This document shows, piece by piece, positions 1 to 9,510 of a DNA stretch of 64,000 bases. The position numbers and the translations under genes were made by a program. Source of the DNA: Bryobacterales bacterium (lineage in GTDB: Bacteria; Acidobacteriota; Terriglobia; Bryobacterales; Bryobacteraceae); assembly GCA_963784025.1 (NCBI GenBank), contig CAWAPW010000006.1, forward strand, positions 269,213 through 333,212. The letters run 5' to 3'. The notes beneath the pieces were generated by a model, which worked only from the letters and a program-made list of their open reading frames with translations, had not been told where the DNA came from and did no database searches. Position 1 is the first letter of the stretch. The number at the start of each line of letters is the position of its first letter.

Positions 1-4
1 TACA

Positions 5-964
5 ATGAAAACCATTAGTTGGACGTACCCCACGCCGGGAGTGGTTACCGTGATCGTACCGCCGAATTCCGTTTTTACCGCGCGCGAAACGCACGGACGC
101 GTGCTCCGCACCGAAAACCGGCTGATCGCCCACAGCCAGGATGCAGGCTGGCGATCGCTGCACGCCGCGATTCTCGAAGAAGCTCCGTTCCGGGCCATTG
201 AACGGCCTATCCGCCATCCTTCGCTGATCTATCATCTGAGCCGGCCAACGCAGGTGACTCGCAAAATTGAAGGCGCCGCGCGCGAGACCGCGCTCATCGG
301 GCCGCGCCGCATCTGCCTGACGCCGGGCGACGCCACCACGCAGTGGCAGCATGCGGGGCATCCGGAGATCCTGCAGGTGTACCTGCGCCAATCCGTCTAT
401 GAAGCGGCTGTCAGCGAGATCTATGGCTGCGACAGCTCCGGAGCGGAACTGGTGCCGCGCTTTGCGATTCTCGATCCGCTGCTCGAGCAGCTGGCCATCG
501 CGATCACCGGTGCGTTGCGGGACGGCAATTCTGAAGATGGACTATACATCGACACCATCGCGCAGATGATGGCGGTGCATCTGGCGCGCACGCATTCTTC
601 TCGCTCGCGGCCGGTGCGCCTGCTTCCCGCCAAGCCGCTGGCCGGCTGGAAAATGCGGCGAGTGATCGAATTCATCGAAGACAATCTGGAAGGCGACCTC
701 AGCCTGCAAGCCATGGCCGTGGAAGTGGACATCAGCCCGTTGTATCTGGCGCGCGCGTTCAAGGCCGCGGTGGGGCAATCGCCACATCAGTACGTGCTGG
801 GGCGGCGCATCGAGCGCGCCAAGGAATTGTTGCGCAACACGGATTTGCCGGTGGTGGATGTGGCGCTGTCGTCAGGATTTTCGTCGCAGAGCCACTTGTC
901 GCACTGGTTCATCCGGCAGGTGGGCGTTTCGCCGGCGGTGTATCGGAGGCAGGCGACGACATAA
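5..964 (+). CDS. AraC-family transcriptional regulator
   Basis: 319-aa intact ORF. C-terminal AraC-type double HTH (LSLQAMAVEVDISPLYLARAFK ... VALSSGFSSQSHLSHWFIRQVGVSPAVYR). Confidence 0.85.
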   Translation: MKTISWTYPTPGVVTVIVPPNSVFTARETHGRVLRTENRLIAHSQDAGWRSLHAAILEEAPFRAIERPIRHPSLIYHLSRPTQVTRKIEGAARETALIGPRRICLTPGDATTQWQHAGHPEILQVYLRQSVYEAAVSEIYGCDSSGAELVPRFAILDPLLEQLAIAITGALRDGNSEDGLYIDTIAQMMAVHLARTHSSRSRPVRLLPAKPLAGWKMRRVIEFIEDNLEGDLSLQAMAVEVDISPLYLARAFKAAVGQSPHQYVLGRRIERAKELLRNTDLPVVDVALSSGFSSQSHLSHWFIRQVGVSPAVYRRQATT

Positions 965-1307
965 GCGGACGAACGTCGCGTTCTATCCTCGCTCCCTCGC
1001 GGTCCTTTGCTATTTCAAGATCGTAGTCGGTCTGAATTCCTATCCAGATGCCAGGCGACGTGCCAAAGTAACGGGCGATGCGCAACGCGATCGGCGCCGT
1101 AACGTTTCTCTGGCCTTTTATGATTCTGGTGAGGGTGCTCGGCGGCAATGCCATGGCGATGGCGGCGCTACTTGCACGGACGCCGCCTGCATGAAGGGCA
1201 TCTGCCAATGCCTCTCCCGGGTGAATCGGTGGCAGCTTTTGAGGACGCGCAAAACGGAGCGCGGCGCGTTCTTTGCGCCTTTCAATGGTAATCGGTGATT
1301 TCGACAT
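909..1307 (-). CDS. higA: HigA-type antitoxin (XRE-family HTH)
   Basis: ATG at 1307 overlaps the higB 3' end (MSKSPITIERRK...). PIHPGEALADAL...STLTRIIKGQRNVTAPIALRIARYFGTSPGIWIGIQTDYDLEIA matches the HigA/VapI antidote pattern. The 3' end overlaps the AraC gene convergently. Confidence 0.7.
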   Translation of the reverse strand: MSKSPITIERRKERAALRFARPQKLPPIHPGEALADALHAGGVRASSAAIAMALPPSTLTRIIKGQRNVTAPIALRIARYFGTSPGIWIGIQTDYDLEIAKDREGARIERDVRPLMSSPASDTPPAKRPPAG

Positions 1308-1574
1308 CTTGCGCCTCGTCGTTCTCCCAGCGAAAACAAATTCGATACTGATCGTTGATGCGGATACTGTGTTGGCCTTTCTATTTCCAGAAAGCTTTTC
1401 GAGCCGTAAACCGGGAATGCGCCGGAGGTCGGTTAGATCCTTGGCATTTCCCAGAAACGCAAGCTTGATTCTAGCGGCCTTCTCTATCTGCTCAAATTTC
1501 TTCACGCGGACGCGCTCCGAAAGCCGCTGGGTTGCCTTGTCCCGAAACGTCACCTGCCAATATGGTAATGCCAC
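1282..1574 (-). pseudogene. higB: HigB-type toxin (RelE superfamily), frameshifted as sequenced
   Basis: MALPYWQVTFRDKATQRL...LEKLSGNRK continues in another frame as GQHSIRINDQYRICFRWENDEAQDVEITDYH*. One base is missing in the A-run near 1383-1388. As sequenced, the toxin N-terminus reads through into the higA frame (221-aa ORF 909..1574). Confidence 0.7.
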
Positions 1575-1656
1575 AATGGCAAGAGCGCAACGGCAACATT
1601 CCTTCGGAGAAGTCGCTGCCGCCGGGCTTTCGGCCTAGTCTCTGATGTACCGTGCT

Positions 1657-3090
1657 TCAGCGCCAACGCACCATCGCGGCGCTGGCCGCCGGAACGTCGA
1701 TCTCCAGTTCGCCGCCCGTTACTCGCACGTGCTCGAAGGGTCCTGGCGCCCATTTGCCCGCGCTGCTGACGGAGGATCCGCCTAACAGCACGTGATCCTT
1801 GCTCGAAAGCGAAGGCGCGGTTAAGCGAAGAGCGGTGGCCGTCGGTTTTCCCGGACACGCTGCGCGCACGTGCGCGTCGCGCGATGCTTCCTTGTTCACC
1901 AGCGTCAGCCAGATGTCGCCGCTATCGGAACGCACTGAGTATGCCGTGATGTTCAGGCCGGCATTATCCAGAGTCAACTGCAGACGATCGCTCGGAGTGA
2001 ACAGCGCAAACGCGAGCATCCCGTAGTACAAAGGAGTCGCGCGAAAGTTTTGCGAAGCATCCAGTCCAATCGGGCTGTACGAGCTCAAAAATCCCAAATG
2101 GTTGACGCCGGTTTCCATGTTGACGCCGGCCGCGTTGAAGGTCGCAAGCGTGAACAAAAAGTCGAGGCCCCAAAGAGCGGCGGCCATGGTGTCGCTGACG
2201 CCGGGCTTGCCGCCTCCATAGCAGGAATTGGTTTCGCAAATTCGATAAGGCAGCTCAGAGGCGCGGGACGCGGTTTCCAGCCGGCCGAGCAGACCCGGCA
2301 GGATCGCATTCGGCTTCAGAAGATTTTCGATGGTGCTGGCGGGATTGTCGGGCGGCCCCTCGGCATAGTAATGATGCGTGAGCAGCTTAATGTCGGCGCC
2401 TTCGGCGGTTGCGAATTGCTCCAGCCAATCCGCGTGGATGATTACGTCCGGCCCGGCGAATGGCGCGTTGGGCAGCTTGTCGCGAATGGCTTTTTTGAAG
2501 CGGTGGTATTCGGCGTAATAATCGGCGTAGGCATAATTGGCGGGCCGGTGGACGCCCGGAAACAGATCCGGCTCATTGCCGATTTCAAACGCGAGCAGAC
2601 GATCGCCAACGCTGGATGCGACTGCGACCGCTTCATCCACAGCTTGATCCATCGGCGCCCGTCCCCCGCTCTGGCCCAGGTCGAAGCCCCAAATCAGCCG
2701 CCAACCGGTGGCGCGCAGGAACGCTCCAAGATCCACCAGGCCGCGTCGATCGACGACGGTGGCTTTGGGCGATGAAACCGCGGGGCCATCGGGTGACCAT
2801 GTGGCGTAATCGCTGGTGTTGCCGCCGATTCGAATGACGCCGGACGGCGCGAGCGTGCGCACAAACTGCACGTAGGCCCGGTTGGCGCCGGCGAATAATC
2901 CGCGCTCGGAGACCGAGGAAACTTCGTAGCCCAGGCCCATGAAATCGGCCGGTATGCGCCCCAGCCGCGATTGGGGCTGGATTTGGACGCGCACGCCAGT
3001 GGATTGGCCCGTGCTTTGGGCCGCGGCCACCGACGCTGCCAGAATCCCGGAGACGAACGCGCGCCGGTTCACTCTGCATGTCCGTGGCAT
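1657..3090 (-). CDS. Secreted clan GH-A glycoside hydrolase, GH79 (beta-glucuronidase/heparanase)-like
   Basis: Leader MPRTCRVNRRAFVSGILAASVAAAQS starts at the ATG at 3090. Motifs FEIGNEPDLF (acid/base-like) and ICETNS (nucleophile-like). The 92 codons upstream in the 569-aa ORF look non-coding. Confidence 0.55.
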   Translation of the reverse strand: MPRTCRVNRRAFVSGILAASVAAAQSTGQSTGVRVQIQPQSRLGRIPADFMGLGYEVSSVSERGLFAGANRAYVQFVRTLAPSGVIRIGGNTSDYATWSPDGPAVSSPKATVVDRRGLVDLGAFLRATGWRLIWGFDLGQSGGRAPMDQAVDEAVAVASSVGDRLLAFEIGNEPDLFPGVHRPANYAYADYYAEYHRFKKAIRDKLPNAPFAGPDVIIHADWLEQFATAEGADIKLLTHHYYAEGPPDNPASTIENLLKPNAILPGLLGRLETASRASELPYRICETNSCYGGGKPGVSDTMAAALWGLDFLFTLATFNAAGVNMETGVNHLGFLSSYSPIGLDASQNFRATPLYYGMLAFALFTPSDRLQLTLDNAGLNITAYSVRSDSGDIWLTLVNKEASRDAHVRAACPGKPTATALRLTAPSLSSKDHVLLGGSSVSSAGKWAPGPFEHVRVTGGELEIDVPAASAAMVRWR

Positions 3091-3144
3091 TAGCTGCCAT
3101 AATAGTCGATCTGGTGTCGCTCGAATGCTCTGGACCCTAAACGC

Positions 3145-3645
3145 ATGATCGTCTGGCGAGCATGGCCGGCCGCCGCATTGCTCTTGCTGGCTGGCTGCCA
3201 TCGAGTGAAGGCGCCTTCCAGCGTAGTCCATATGGGCGACGCGGCCACAGCCAATCAGTTGCTCGGCGGACTCTATAGGGTAGAAGGCGGCGCAGGGGAT
3301 ACTGCATGGCGCTGGACGGGCCCGGATTTCTCGCTGGCGCTGGCCCCGCCCCCGGCCGCGCCGCACGGAGCCCGTTTATTGTTGCGATTATATTTTCCTG
3401 AAACACAAATCCAAAAACTCGGTCCAATGACATTAACTGCTTTTATCGATGGGGAGCCGCTTGCGCCCGAAACTTACGCCCAGAGTGGCAGCTACGATTT
3501 CGTCCGGGATGTCCCGGCCTGCTTTCTCAACACCAACGTGCTGCCCGTCACTTTTAGCTTCGATCCGTACGCGCCAAAATCGGAGAGCGACGGACGGGAC
3601 CTGGGGGCGGTGGTGTTGATGGCGGCCCTGGAGGCGAAGCCCTAA
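3145..3645 (+). CDS. Hypothetical lipoprotein
   Basis: 166-aa ORF divergent from the GH gene. Lipobox-like leader MIVWRAWPAAALLLLAGC. No recognised family. Confidence 0.45.
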   Translation: MIVWRAWPAAALLLLAGCHRVKAPSSVVHMGDAATANQLLGGLYRVEGGAGDTAWRWTGPDFSLALAPPPAAPHGARLLLRLYFPETQIQKLGPMTLTAFIDGEPLAPETYAQSGSYDFVRDVPACFLNTNVLPVTFSFDPYAPKSESDGRDLGAVVLMAALEAKP

Positions 3646-3687
3646 GGGGAGAAACGAAGCCTTAACAGGATGCTGAAAAAGGCAATA

Positions 3688-3772
3688 AACCGCTTGCTCA
3701 CGCGCGCGGCTCAGAATGGCGACTGCGTTTTTGTATCTGTTTACCGAGCCGCGAACGTGAGGGAGTCGGTCC
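3688..3772. repeat. REP-A palindromic intergenic repeat unit
   Basis: AAACCGCTTGCTCACGCGCGCGGCTC...GAGCCGCGAACGTGAGGGAGTCGGT, with imperfectly complementary arms. Related copies are near 6706, 12566, 19836 and 35975-36275. The track ORF 3670..3921 is only its translation. Confidence 0.7.
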
Positions 3773-3832
3773 TCAAGAGCCTTTATCAGCAGCCTGCTAA
3801 GGAAGAAAAGCTAAGCCGTAAGAAGATCTCTT

Positions 3833-4867
3833 ATGAAAACTGTGATGGTCACCGGAGGCGCCGGTTTTTTCGGCGGGATTCTGAAGCGCGCGATTCTGGA
3901 GTCGGGAGATCGCTGCATTAGCGTGGATGTTTGTCCGGATGAGGATGAACATCCCAATCTCGACAAACGTCAGATCGATTTGCGCGACCGGGACGCTTTG
4001 GAAAAGGTATTTGCGAGCCGTCCGATTGACGGCGTGGTGCACTGCGCCGCCATGCTGGCGCACGGCTCCGAAGATCCGAAAGAGCTGTGGACCAGCAACG
4101 TGGATGGAACCCGCAATCTGATGGACGCGATGCGGAAATACGGTGTACGGCAGCACGTATTCACCTCCACGAATTGTTTGTGGGGCGAGGCCATGGGACG
4201 CCCGGTGCGCGAAGACGACCCTCCTAATCCGGTAGAACTCTACGGCCGCTCCAAACTGGAAGGGGAGCGCATTATTCTTGAATATCCCGATATTAACTCC
4301 ATACTGCTGCGCTGTCCCACTATTATCGATTTCGGCCGACTGGGCCTGCTTTCCATTCTGTTCGAATTCATCGACGAAGGAAGGCGGGTATGGGCCGTGG
4401 GCGGCGGCCGCAACCGCTATCAGTTCATTTATGCGGGAGATTTAGCGAATGCCTGCCTGCTGGCGCTGGATTATCCGCATTCCGACACTTTCAACATCGG
4501 TTCCGACGACGTGAAATCCATCGCGGAAGTGTACGAATATGTGATCCGCAACTCCAAGAGCGAAGCGAAAGTGGCCACGCTGCCGCGCGGGCCCGCGATT
4601 GCGGCCATGAAGCTGGCGTATCATCTTAAACTTTCGCCGCTGGGGCCGTATCACTATAAGATGATCGCCGAAGATTTTCTCTTCGACACGTCGCGCATCA
4701 AGGAGCGGCTGGGCTGGCATCCCACCATGACCAACGAAGAAATGCTGTGGCGCGCGTATCAATATTACAGCCAGAACCGGCGGGAGATTGAGGCTCGCCA
4801 GGATGTCTCCGCGCATCGCAAGGGCGCCAAGATGGGCGTGATCCGGCTGCTCAAATGGGTTTCCTAA
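3833..4867 (+). CDS. NAD-dependent epimerase/dehydratase family protein
   Basis: 344-aa intact ORF. Rossmann motif VTGGAGFFGG at the N-terminus and an SDR-like YxxxK region (YGRSKLEGE). Confidence 0.85.
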   Translation: MKTVMVTGGAGFFGGILKRAILESGDRCISVDVCPDEDEHPNLDKRQIDLRDRDALEKVFASRPIDGVVHCAAMLAHGSEDPKELWTSNVDGTRNLMDAMRKYGVRQHVFTSTNCLWGEAMGRPVREDDPPNPVELYGRSKLEGERIILEYPDINSILLRCPTIIDFGRLGLLSILFEFIDEGRRVWAVGGGRNRYQFIYAGDLANACLLALDYPHSDTFNIGSDDVKSIAEVYEYVIRNSKSEAKVATLPRGPAIAAMKLAYHLKLSPLGPYHYKMIAEDFLFDTSRIKERLGWHPTMTNEEMLWRAYQYYSQNRREIEARQDVSAHRKGAKMGVIRLLKWVS

Positions 4868-4974
4868 AAAGCGCAAAGGGTGCGGCGCGCACCACAAAAC
4901 AGGCCAGGAACTGCTTCGCGCCGCACTCCGTTTTGCGCGAGTTCCCCATTAGGCCGCGGGCGCCACGAGTGTAG

Positions 4975-6705
4975 ATGACGTTTGCCGAAACCGTTCGCTT
5001 CCTCCTGGACGAAGCCGCCCTTTTCGTTTACCCCATTGCCGTAGCCATTCAGTGGGAACTGGTGTTCCTGGCCGCGCTGGCGATTTGGCTGGCGCCGAAA
5101 GCCTTCGGTGCGCGATTGCGGCCGCTTCGTGCCGCTTTCGACCGGCTGGCAAATCATCGCGGCGCTTCCATTGCGCTGTGCGGAATCTTGCCGGTCGCCA
5201 TCCGGCTGGCGCTGCTGGGAATTTATCCGGTACCGGAGCCCAGCATCCACGATGAGTTCAGCCATCTGCTGCTGGCGGACACGCTGGTTCACGGGCGGCT
5301 CACCAACCCGCCGCATCCCATGTGGCAGCATTTCGAATCCATCCACATTATCCAGCAACCCACTTACAATTCCATGTACCCGCCGGGCCAGGGCGCGTTC
5401 CTGGCGCTCGGCGAATGGCTGTTTCACGAGCCCTGGATTGGCGTGCTGCTCAGCGTGGGTTTGATGTTCGCGGCGATGTGCTGGATGATGCAAGCCTGGC
5501 TGCCGGCCCGATGGGCGCTGTTCGGAACGCTGCTGGCGATTCTTGCGTTCGGAGTGACTACTCTGTGGATGAATAGCTACATGAGCGGCGCAGTGTCGGG
5601 GATCGGAGGGGCGCTCGTTTTGGGCGCGGTGCGGCGCCTTCGACAACGGGCGCGGGTTCGGCAATCGATTCTGCTGGGCGTCGGCATGGTGCTGTTGATG
5701 AACACGCGGCCTTTCGAAGGCGCGGTGCTTACGCTAGCGGCGCTCGCGCTATTGGCTCTTAGCCTTTGGAGGAGCGGCGCTCAGCAGGTGTCATGGACAA
5801 GGATCATCGTTCCAGCCGGTCTGATTCTGAGCGCGGGCCTGATTTTTACCGGCTACTATAACTGGCGTGTGACGGGTAGTCCGGTGCGAATGCCTTATGA
5901 AGTAAATCGCGACACGTATGGATGGCCTGAAAACCTGGGCTTTCTGCCCGCCAAGCAGGTCACCTTCCGGCATCGCGTGCTGCGCGATATGTACAAGAAG
6001 GAAATAGCGCACCACTCGATCTACAGTTCCTGGCAGGCGTTTCTGGACAGCCTGGATGTGCGGGCGTTTGAGAACTGGTCGTTCTTCTGCGGACCGGTTT
6101 TGACTATCCCGCTCCTGCTGCTGCCCAGAGTCTTTCTGGATCGTCGGACTCGTCCGCTGGTGGTAATCCTGGCGGTGATTTTGGGCCTGAATCTCTTCCA
6201 GATGGTTCTGTATGCCTATCATCTCGGGCCGATTATTCCGGCGCTCTTTGCGATCGTCGCGCAGGGCGCGCGCCACGTCTACGTTCTTTTGTCGCGAACC
6301 AGGCGCGCGCGTGGGATGGCTTTTGTTCTGCTGCTTCCGCTGTGCGTGTCCGTCGCAAGTACTTTGAAACTAGAGGCCGCGGACCTGGGAATTCCGCTGA
6401 CATATTGGGAGCACGGAGTGGAGGCGCACCGCGAGGCGCGGGCCTATATTCAGGAATGGTTATCGCGCCGTCCCGGGAAACAACTGGTGATCGTCCATTA
6501 TTCGTCCAACCATTCGCCGGACCAGGAGTGGGTTTACAACGGCGCCGATATCGACCACAGCAAGGTGGTGTGGGCGCGCGAGATGGATGCGAAATCCGAC
6601 GCGCAGTTGATCGGTTATTTCAAGGATCGCGAAGTTTGGCTGCTCAATGCGGATTCTTATCCGCAGCGCGTCGTGCCGTATGATTCGAGTTCGTGCAGGC
6701 CCTAA
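4975..6705 (+). CDS. Polytopic integral membrane protein, unknown function (possibly a GT-C-like glycosyltransferase)
   Basis: 576-aa intact ORF with many hydrophobic segments. Conserved-looking loop motif IHDEFSHLLLADTL. Lies next to a sugar epimerase. Family not recognised. Confidence 0.55.
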   Translation: MTFAETVRFLLDEAALFVYPIAVAIQWELVFLAALAIWLAPKAFGARLRPLRAAFDRLANHRGASIALCGILPVAIRLALLGIYPVPEPSIHDEFSHLLLADTLVHGRLTNPPHPMWQHFESIHIIQQPTYNSMYPPGQGAFLALGEWLFHEPWIGVLLSVGLMFAAMCWMMQAWLPARWALFGTLLAILAFGVTTLWMNSYMSGAVSGIGGALVLGAVRRLRQRARVRQSILLGVGMVLLMNTRPFEGAVLTLAALALLALSLWRSGAQQVSWTRIIVPAGLILSAGLIFTGYYNWRVTGSPVRMPYEVNRDTYGWPENLGFLPAKQVTFRHRVLRDMYKKEIAHHSIYSSWQAFLDSLDVRAFENWSFFCGPVLTIPLLLLPRVFLDRRTRPLVVILAVILGLNLFQMVLYAYHLGPIIPALFAIVAQGARHVYVLLSRTRRARGMAFVLLLPLCVSVASTLKLEAADLGIPLTYWEHGVEAHREARAYIQEWLSRRPGKQLVIVHYSSNHSPDQEWVYNGADIDHSKVVWAREMDAKSDAQLIGYFKDREVWLLNADSYPQRVVPYDSSSCRP

Positions 6706-7706
6706 GAAACCGCTTGCTCACGCGCCACCCCTCCGGTCTTCTTCGAGTCGATGTTCTCCAGTGCACGACTTCCGGTCGTCTCCGGGTGTGCTTCTGGCGC
6801 GCGGCTCTGTTGCGCCCTGTCAGCCGCCGCTTTTGACAGAACGAAATCTGTGTGCAGCTTGCGCCACGGCGTGTCGATCCTTTTGCCATCCGGCGCCGTG
6901 CCGGGCGCTTCACGCGTGAAATCGCGAATCAGCGAATTCTTCACCGCGAACACCGCGTCGCTATCCAGATATTGATCGGCGTCCACGAAAACATGCGTCA
7001 CCAGCGTCTCGTGCCCATCGGCAATGATCATGAAATGCACGTGCGCGGGCCGGTAAGGATGCCGCGCGGACGCCTTCAGCATCTCGCCCACCGTGCCATC
7101 GTCGGGGATCGGATAGAACTTCGGCATGATGGTCCAGAAGCGGAAGCGGCCCTGCTCGTCGCTATGGAAACGCGCTCGCAGCGTCGGCTCTGCGAGTTCC
7201 GGCAACTGCACATCGTAGAAACCTTCGGCGTCGGAGTGCCAAACGTCGATGATCGCGTTTGCGACGGGCCGGCCGTCTTCGGACAGAATCGAGCCGTCGA
7301 TAAACAGCGGGTCGCCCTTCGCGCCGCCGCGAATGTCCGCGCCAAACGCCGCTTCCGGCGGATTCTGCACATAGAATGGGCCCATCACGGTGCTCTCCGT
7401 AGCGTCCTTGGAAAAGCGGTGGTTGATGGCGTCCACCAGCATGGAAACGCCCAGCGTGTCGGACAGCAGAATGAATTCCTGGCGCTTGTCGGTACAGAGC
7501 TTCCCGGTGCGCGTCAGAAAGTCGACGGCCTGTCCCCACTCGGCTTCAGAGGGTTCCACGTCGCGCACAAAATCGTGCAGATGCTGCACCAGGCTGGTCA
7601 TGATCTGCTTGAGCCGCGGGTCGGGCGTGTTCTTGTAGCGGTCAATTACCGCGGCCGTGATGTTGTTTTCGTCGAAATCTCGCATAGGTGTACGAAGGGA
7701 CATCAT
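6702..7706 (-). CDS. Intradiol ring-cleavage dioxygenase, hydroxyquinol 1,2-dioxygenase-like
   Basis: N-terminal dioxygenase_N-like region (RLKQIMTSLVQHLHDFVRDVEPSEAEWGQAVDFLTRTG). Catalytic core IDVWHSDAEGFYD...YPIPDDGTVGEML...RHPYRPAHVHFMI. The last ~35 aa are encoded by a REP-A copy. Confidence 0.8.
   Translation of the reverse strand: MMSLRTPMRDFDENNITAAVIDRYKNTPDPRLKQIMTSLVQHLHDFVRDVEPSEAEWGQAVDFLTRTGKLCTDKRQEFILLSDTLGVSMLVDAINHRFSKDATESTVMGPFYVQNPPEAAFGADIRGGAKGDPLFIDGSILSEDGRPVANAIIDVWHSDAEGFYDVQLPELAEPTLRARFHSDEQGRFRFWTIMPKFYPIPDDGTVGEMLKASARHPYRPAHVHFMIIADGHETLVTHVFVDADQYLDSDAVFAVKNSLIRDFTREAPGTAPDGKRIDTPWRKLHTDFVLSKAAADRAQQSRAPEAHPETTGSRALENIDSKKTGGVAREQAVS
6706..6850. repeat. REP-A long variant
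   Basis: GAAACCGCTTGCTCACGCGCCACCCCTCCGGTCTTCTTCGAGTCGATGTTCTCCAGTGCA...GGCGCGCGGCTC is near-identical to the reverse complement of 36105-36200. A CTGTCA...TGACAG hairpin follows. Confidence 0.65.
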
Positions 7707-8227
7707 ATCGAACGCCGTGGCTTCGCCGCTTTTTTGGGCGCCGGCGCGGGCCGTCGCGGACGCTGCCTGGCCGAAATCGATTTGATGACGAGCTTACCGC
7801 TCCCCAGGCCCGGCTCCAGGCCGGATCGCGCGGCCTCCGCATCGATCAACGCCAGCACCGCCGGCTCATCCAGCAATTCAATTTTCTCCAGCCGGATGCT
7901 GCGCGCCTGCGTGCCGTTGCCCTTGAGTAGCTTGTTGGGATCGGGCAGCCCGGCGCCTTGAAGGAAGAACAGATTCACCCAACGCGGGAACAACGCGATG
8001 GAAAATACCGCTTCGGACGCCCGCTCGTTAGGCCCAAAGCCGATGGCCAGCGCATTGTAGTTGTCGTAGACCAGCACATCGGCGTCCGGGAATTTCCTGC
8101 GCATCCAAACGAACGCCTGGCGCGCCACGGCGGCCACTTCCGGCGAGTACTTGGCGATGAAGGAATCGAGCTGTTGCTTCGGGGTCAATGGCGTTATTCG
8201 CTCGGCGCGTAGTAGCCCGTTCGCCAA
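7703..8227 (-). CDS. DUF1801 (YdhG-like) domain protein
   Basis: 174-aa ORF. VLVYDNYNALAIGFGPNERASEAVFSIALFPRWVNLFFLQGAGLPDP is typical of DUF1801. Its stop overlaps the dioxygenase start (ATGA). Confidence 0.65.
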   Translation of the reverse strand: MANGLLRAERITPLTPKQQLDSFIAKYSPEVAAVARQAFVWMRRKFPDADVLVYDNYNALAIGFGPNERASEAVFSIALFPRWVNLFFLQGAGLPDPNKLLKGNGTQARSIRLEKIELLDEPAVLALIDAEAARSGLEPGLGSGKLVIKSISARQRPRRPAPAPKKAAKPRRSI

Positions 8228-9108
8228 TGCGCCTGCAGCTTTGGCAAACCGCGCGGCGGGGCCAGTTTCACGGCGATATGATGATATCGCCCATCTCGCT
8301 TCGCCTCGGAGGGCGTGTAGCCCAGCATGTATCTGTTTCGAAGGTCGATGATAATCTTGTCGGCGAAATCGCCCAGCGGCATCCCGACGGCGGGAAACAT
8401 TCGGCCGCCGGTTTGTTCGGTCATATTTTTCAGCACCACCTGGTCGCTATAGTTGGAGCCCGCGCCGTTGCCGAAGGTGCCGATAGCATAGATCAGCACG
8501 TCGCTCTCGACGATTGCGTTCTTCACTTCGCCCTGCGTGTAGCGGCTGTGATTTTCGCCGCCGTCGGAAATGATCACCAGCGCCTTGCGCAGGTTCTTCG
8601 ATTTTCGTACTTCGTTCAGCCCAAGGTACACGCCGTCCAGCAGAGCCGTGGATCCTCCGCCTTTGCTGGACATCAGCTTGTAATCCACTTCGGACGCGTT
8701 ATCGGTGAGCGGCACAGCCACTTCGGCTGTGCTGGACAGTTCCACCAGGCAAAACTCGTCGCCGGGATTCGAAGTCTTGAAAAACTGCGAAGCGGCGTGC
8801 CGCATCTCCCGCAGATCGGCGCCCATGCTTCCGCTGATGTCGAACACCAGGCCCACCGCGATGGGGTCGTCCTCCATCGAAAAGGAAACGATCTTTTGCT
8901 CCACCTTGTCGTCGAACACGTGGAAGTTCCGCTTTTCCAGGCCGCTGACGGGGCGGTTCAGCCGGTCGCTCACTTCTACCGGGACCAGCACCAGAGTGGT
9001 GTCGATACGTAGGCGGGAAGGAGGATCTTGGGCTGGCTGGTGAACATGCTGCCCGAACGCCGCCGCGAGTGCAAGCCCAATGGCCATCGACAATCGGAGC
9101 GCGCGCAT
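8194..9108 (-). CDS. Secreted von Willebrand factor A domain protein (acidobacterial VWFA-type)
   Basis: Signal peptide MRALRLSMAIGLALAAAFG from the ATG at 9108. MIDAS-like motif VFDISGSMG. The overall layout resembles the VWFA-related acidobacterial family (from memory; needs an HMM check). Confidence 0.75.
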   Translation of the reverse strand: MRALRLSMAIGLALAAAFGQHVHQPAQDPPSRLRIDTTLVLVPVEVSDRLNRPVSGLEKRNFHVFDDKVEQKIVSFSMEDDPIAVGLVFDISGSMGADLREMRHAASQFFKTSNPGDEFCLVELSSTAEVAVPLTDNASEVDYKLMSSKGGGSTALLDGVYLGLNEVRKSKNLRKALVIISDGGENHSRYTQGEVKNAIVESDVLIYAIGTFGNGAGSNYSDQVVLKNMTEQTGGRMFPAVGMPLGDFADKIIIDLRNRYMLGYTPSEAKRDGRYHHIAVKLAPPRGLPKLQAHWRTGYYAPSE

Positions 9109-9234
9109 TGTGGTACTCTCGCAGGCGATCATGCGAATCTTTCTCATTATGACGGCGCTGGGGGGCGCGCTGGTTTCCTCGGGCGTAACCGCGCCGTGAC
9201 CTACTGCCATCCGTAAGGATTATCCGGCCGACTG

Positions 9235-9510
9235 TCAGGATCTGGCTCTCTTCGGCCGTTCCTTAGCGAGCCTTTCCGCCAGAAACACTTTCAGCAACGA
9301 TTGATACGGCACGTCCCGCTGGTTTGCGAGCAACTTCAGATCTTCGATCATGGCTACCGGAAGGCGAAGGGATATTGTTCGCAACGAGGGCTTCAGCTGG
9401 ATGAGCTTCTTCCGCTTCCCTTGCGACCAGTCGACGTATTTTGTCGAGTCGGCGGTCTCCCAGAATTTCCGCTCATCGTCTTCGCTCTTAAACTTAGGTA
9501 GTTCTTTCAT
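9235..9510 (-). CDS. Orphan CopG/RHH-type antitoxin (BrnA/COG3514-like)
   Basis: MKELPKFKSEDDERKFWETADSTKYVDWSQGKRKK...LRTISLRLPVAMIEDLKLLANQRDVPYQSLLKVFLAERL is the typical pattern. No toxin gene fits in the ~55 nt upstream. Confidence 0.65.
   Translation of the reverse strand: MKELPKFKSEDDERKFWETADSTKYVDWSQGKRKKLIQLKPSLRTISLRLPVAMIEDLKLLANQRDVPYQSLLKVFLAERLAKERPKRARS

Noticed and set aside
3670-3921. Track ORFs 3670..3921, 6647..6919, 19693..20292, 24493..25791 (5' part) and 35976..36209, which share peptide words such as NRLLTRAAQ and SSSRCSPV.
   Set aside because: The shared words are simply translations of REP-A/REP-B repeat DNA in intergenic positions. There is no SD or start context and no other coding signal.
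4870-4940. An inverted repeat (GGTGCGGCGCG...CGCGCCGCAC) after the epimerase gene, considered as an intrinsic terminator.
   Set aside because: The loop is ~27 nt and the trailing T-tract is short (GTTTTG), so this is not a convincing rho-independent terminator. The same applies to the bulged hairpin GGCACCTGTT-TGAA-ACAGGGGTGCC at 38609-38633.
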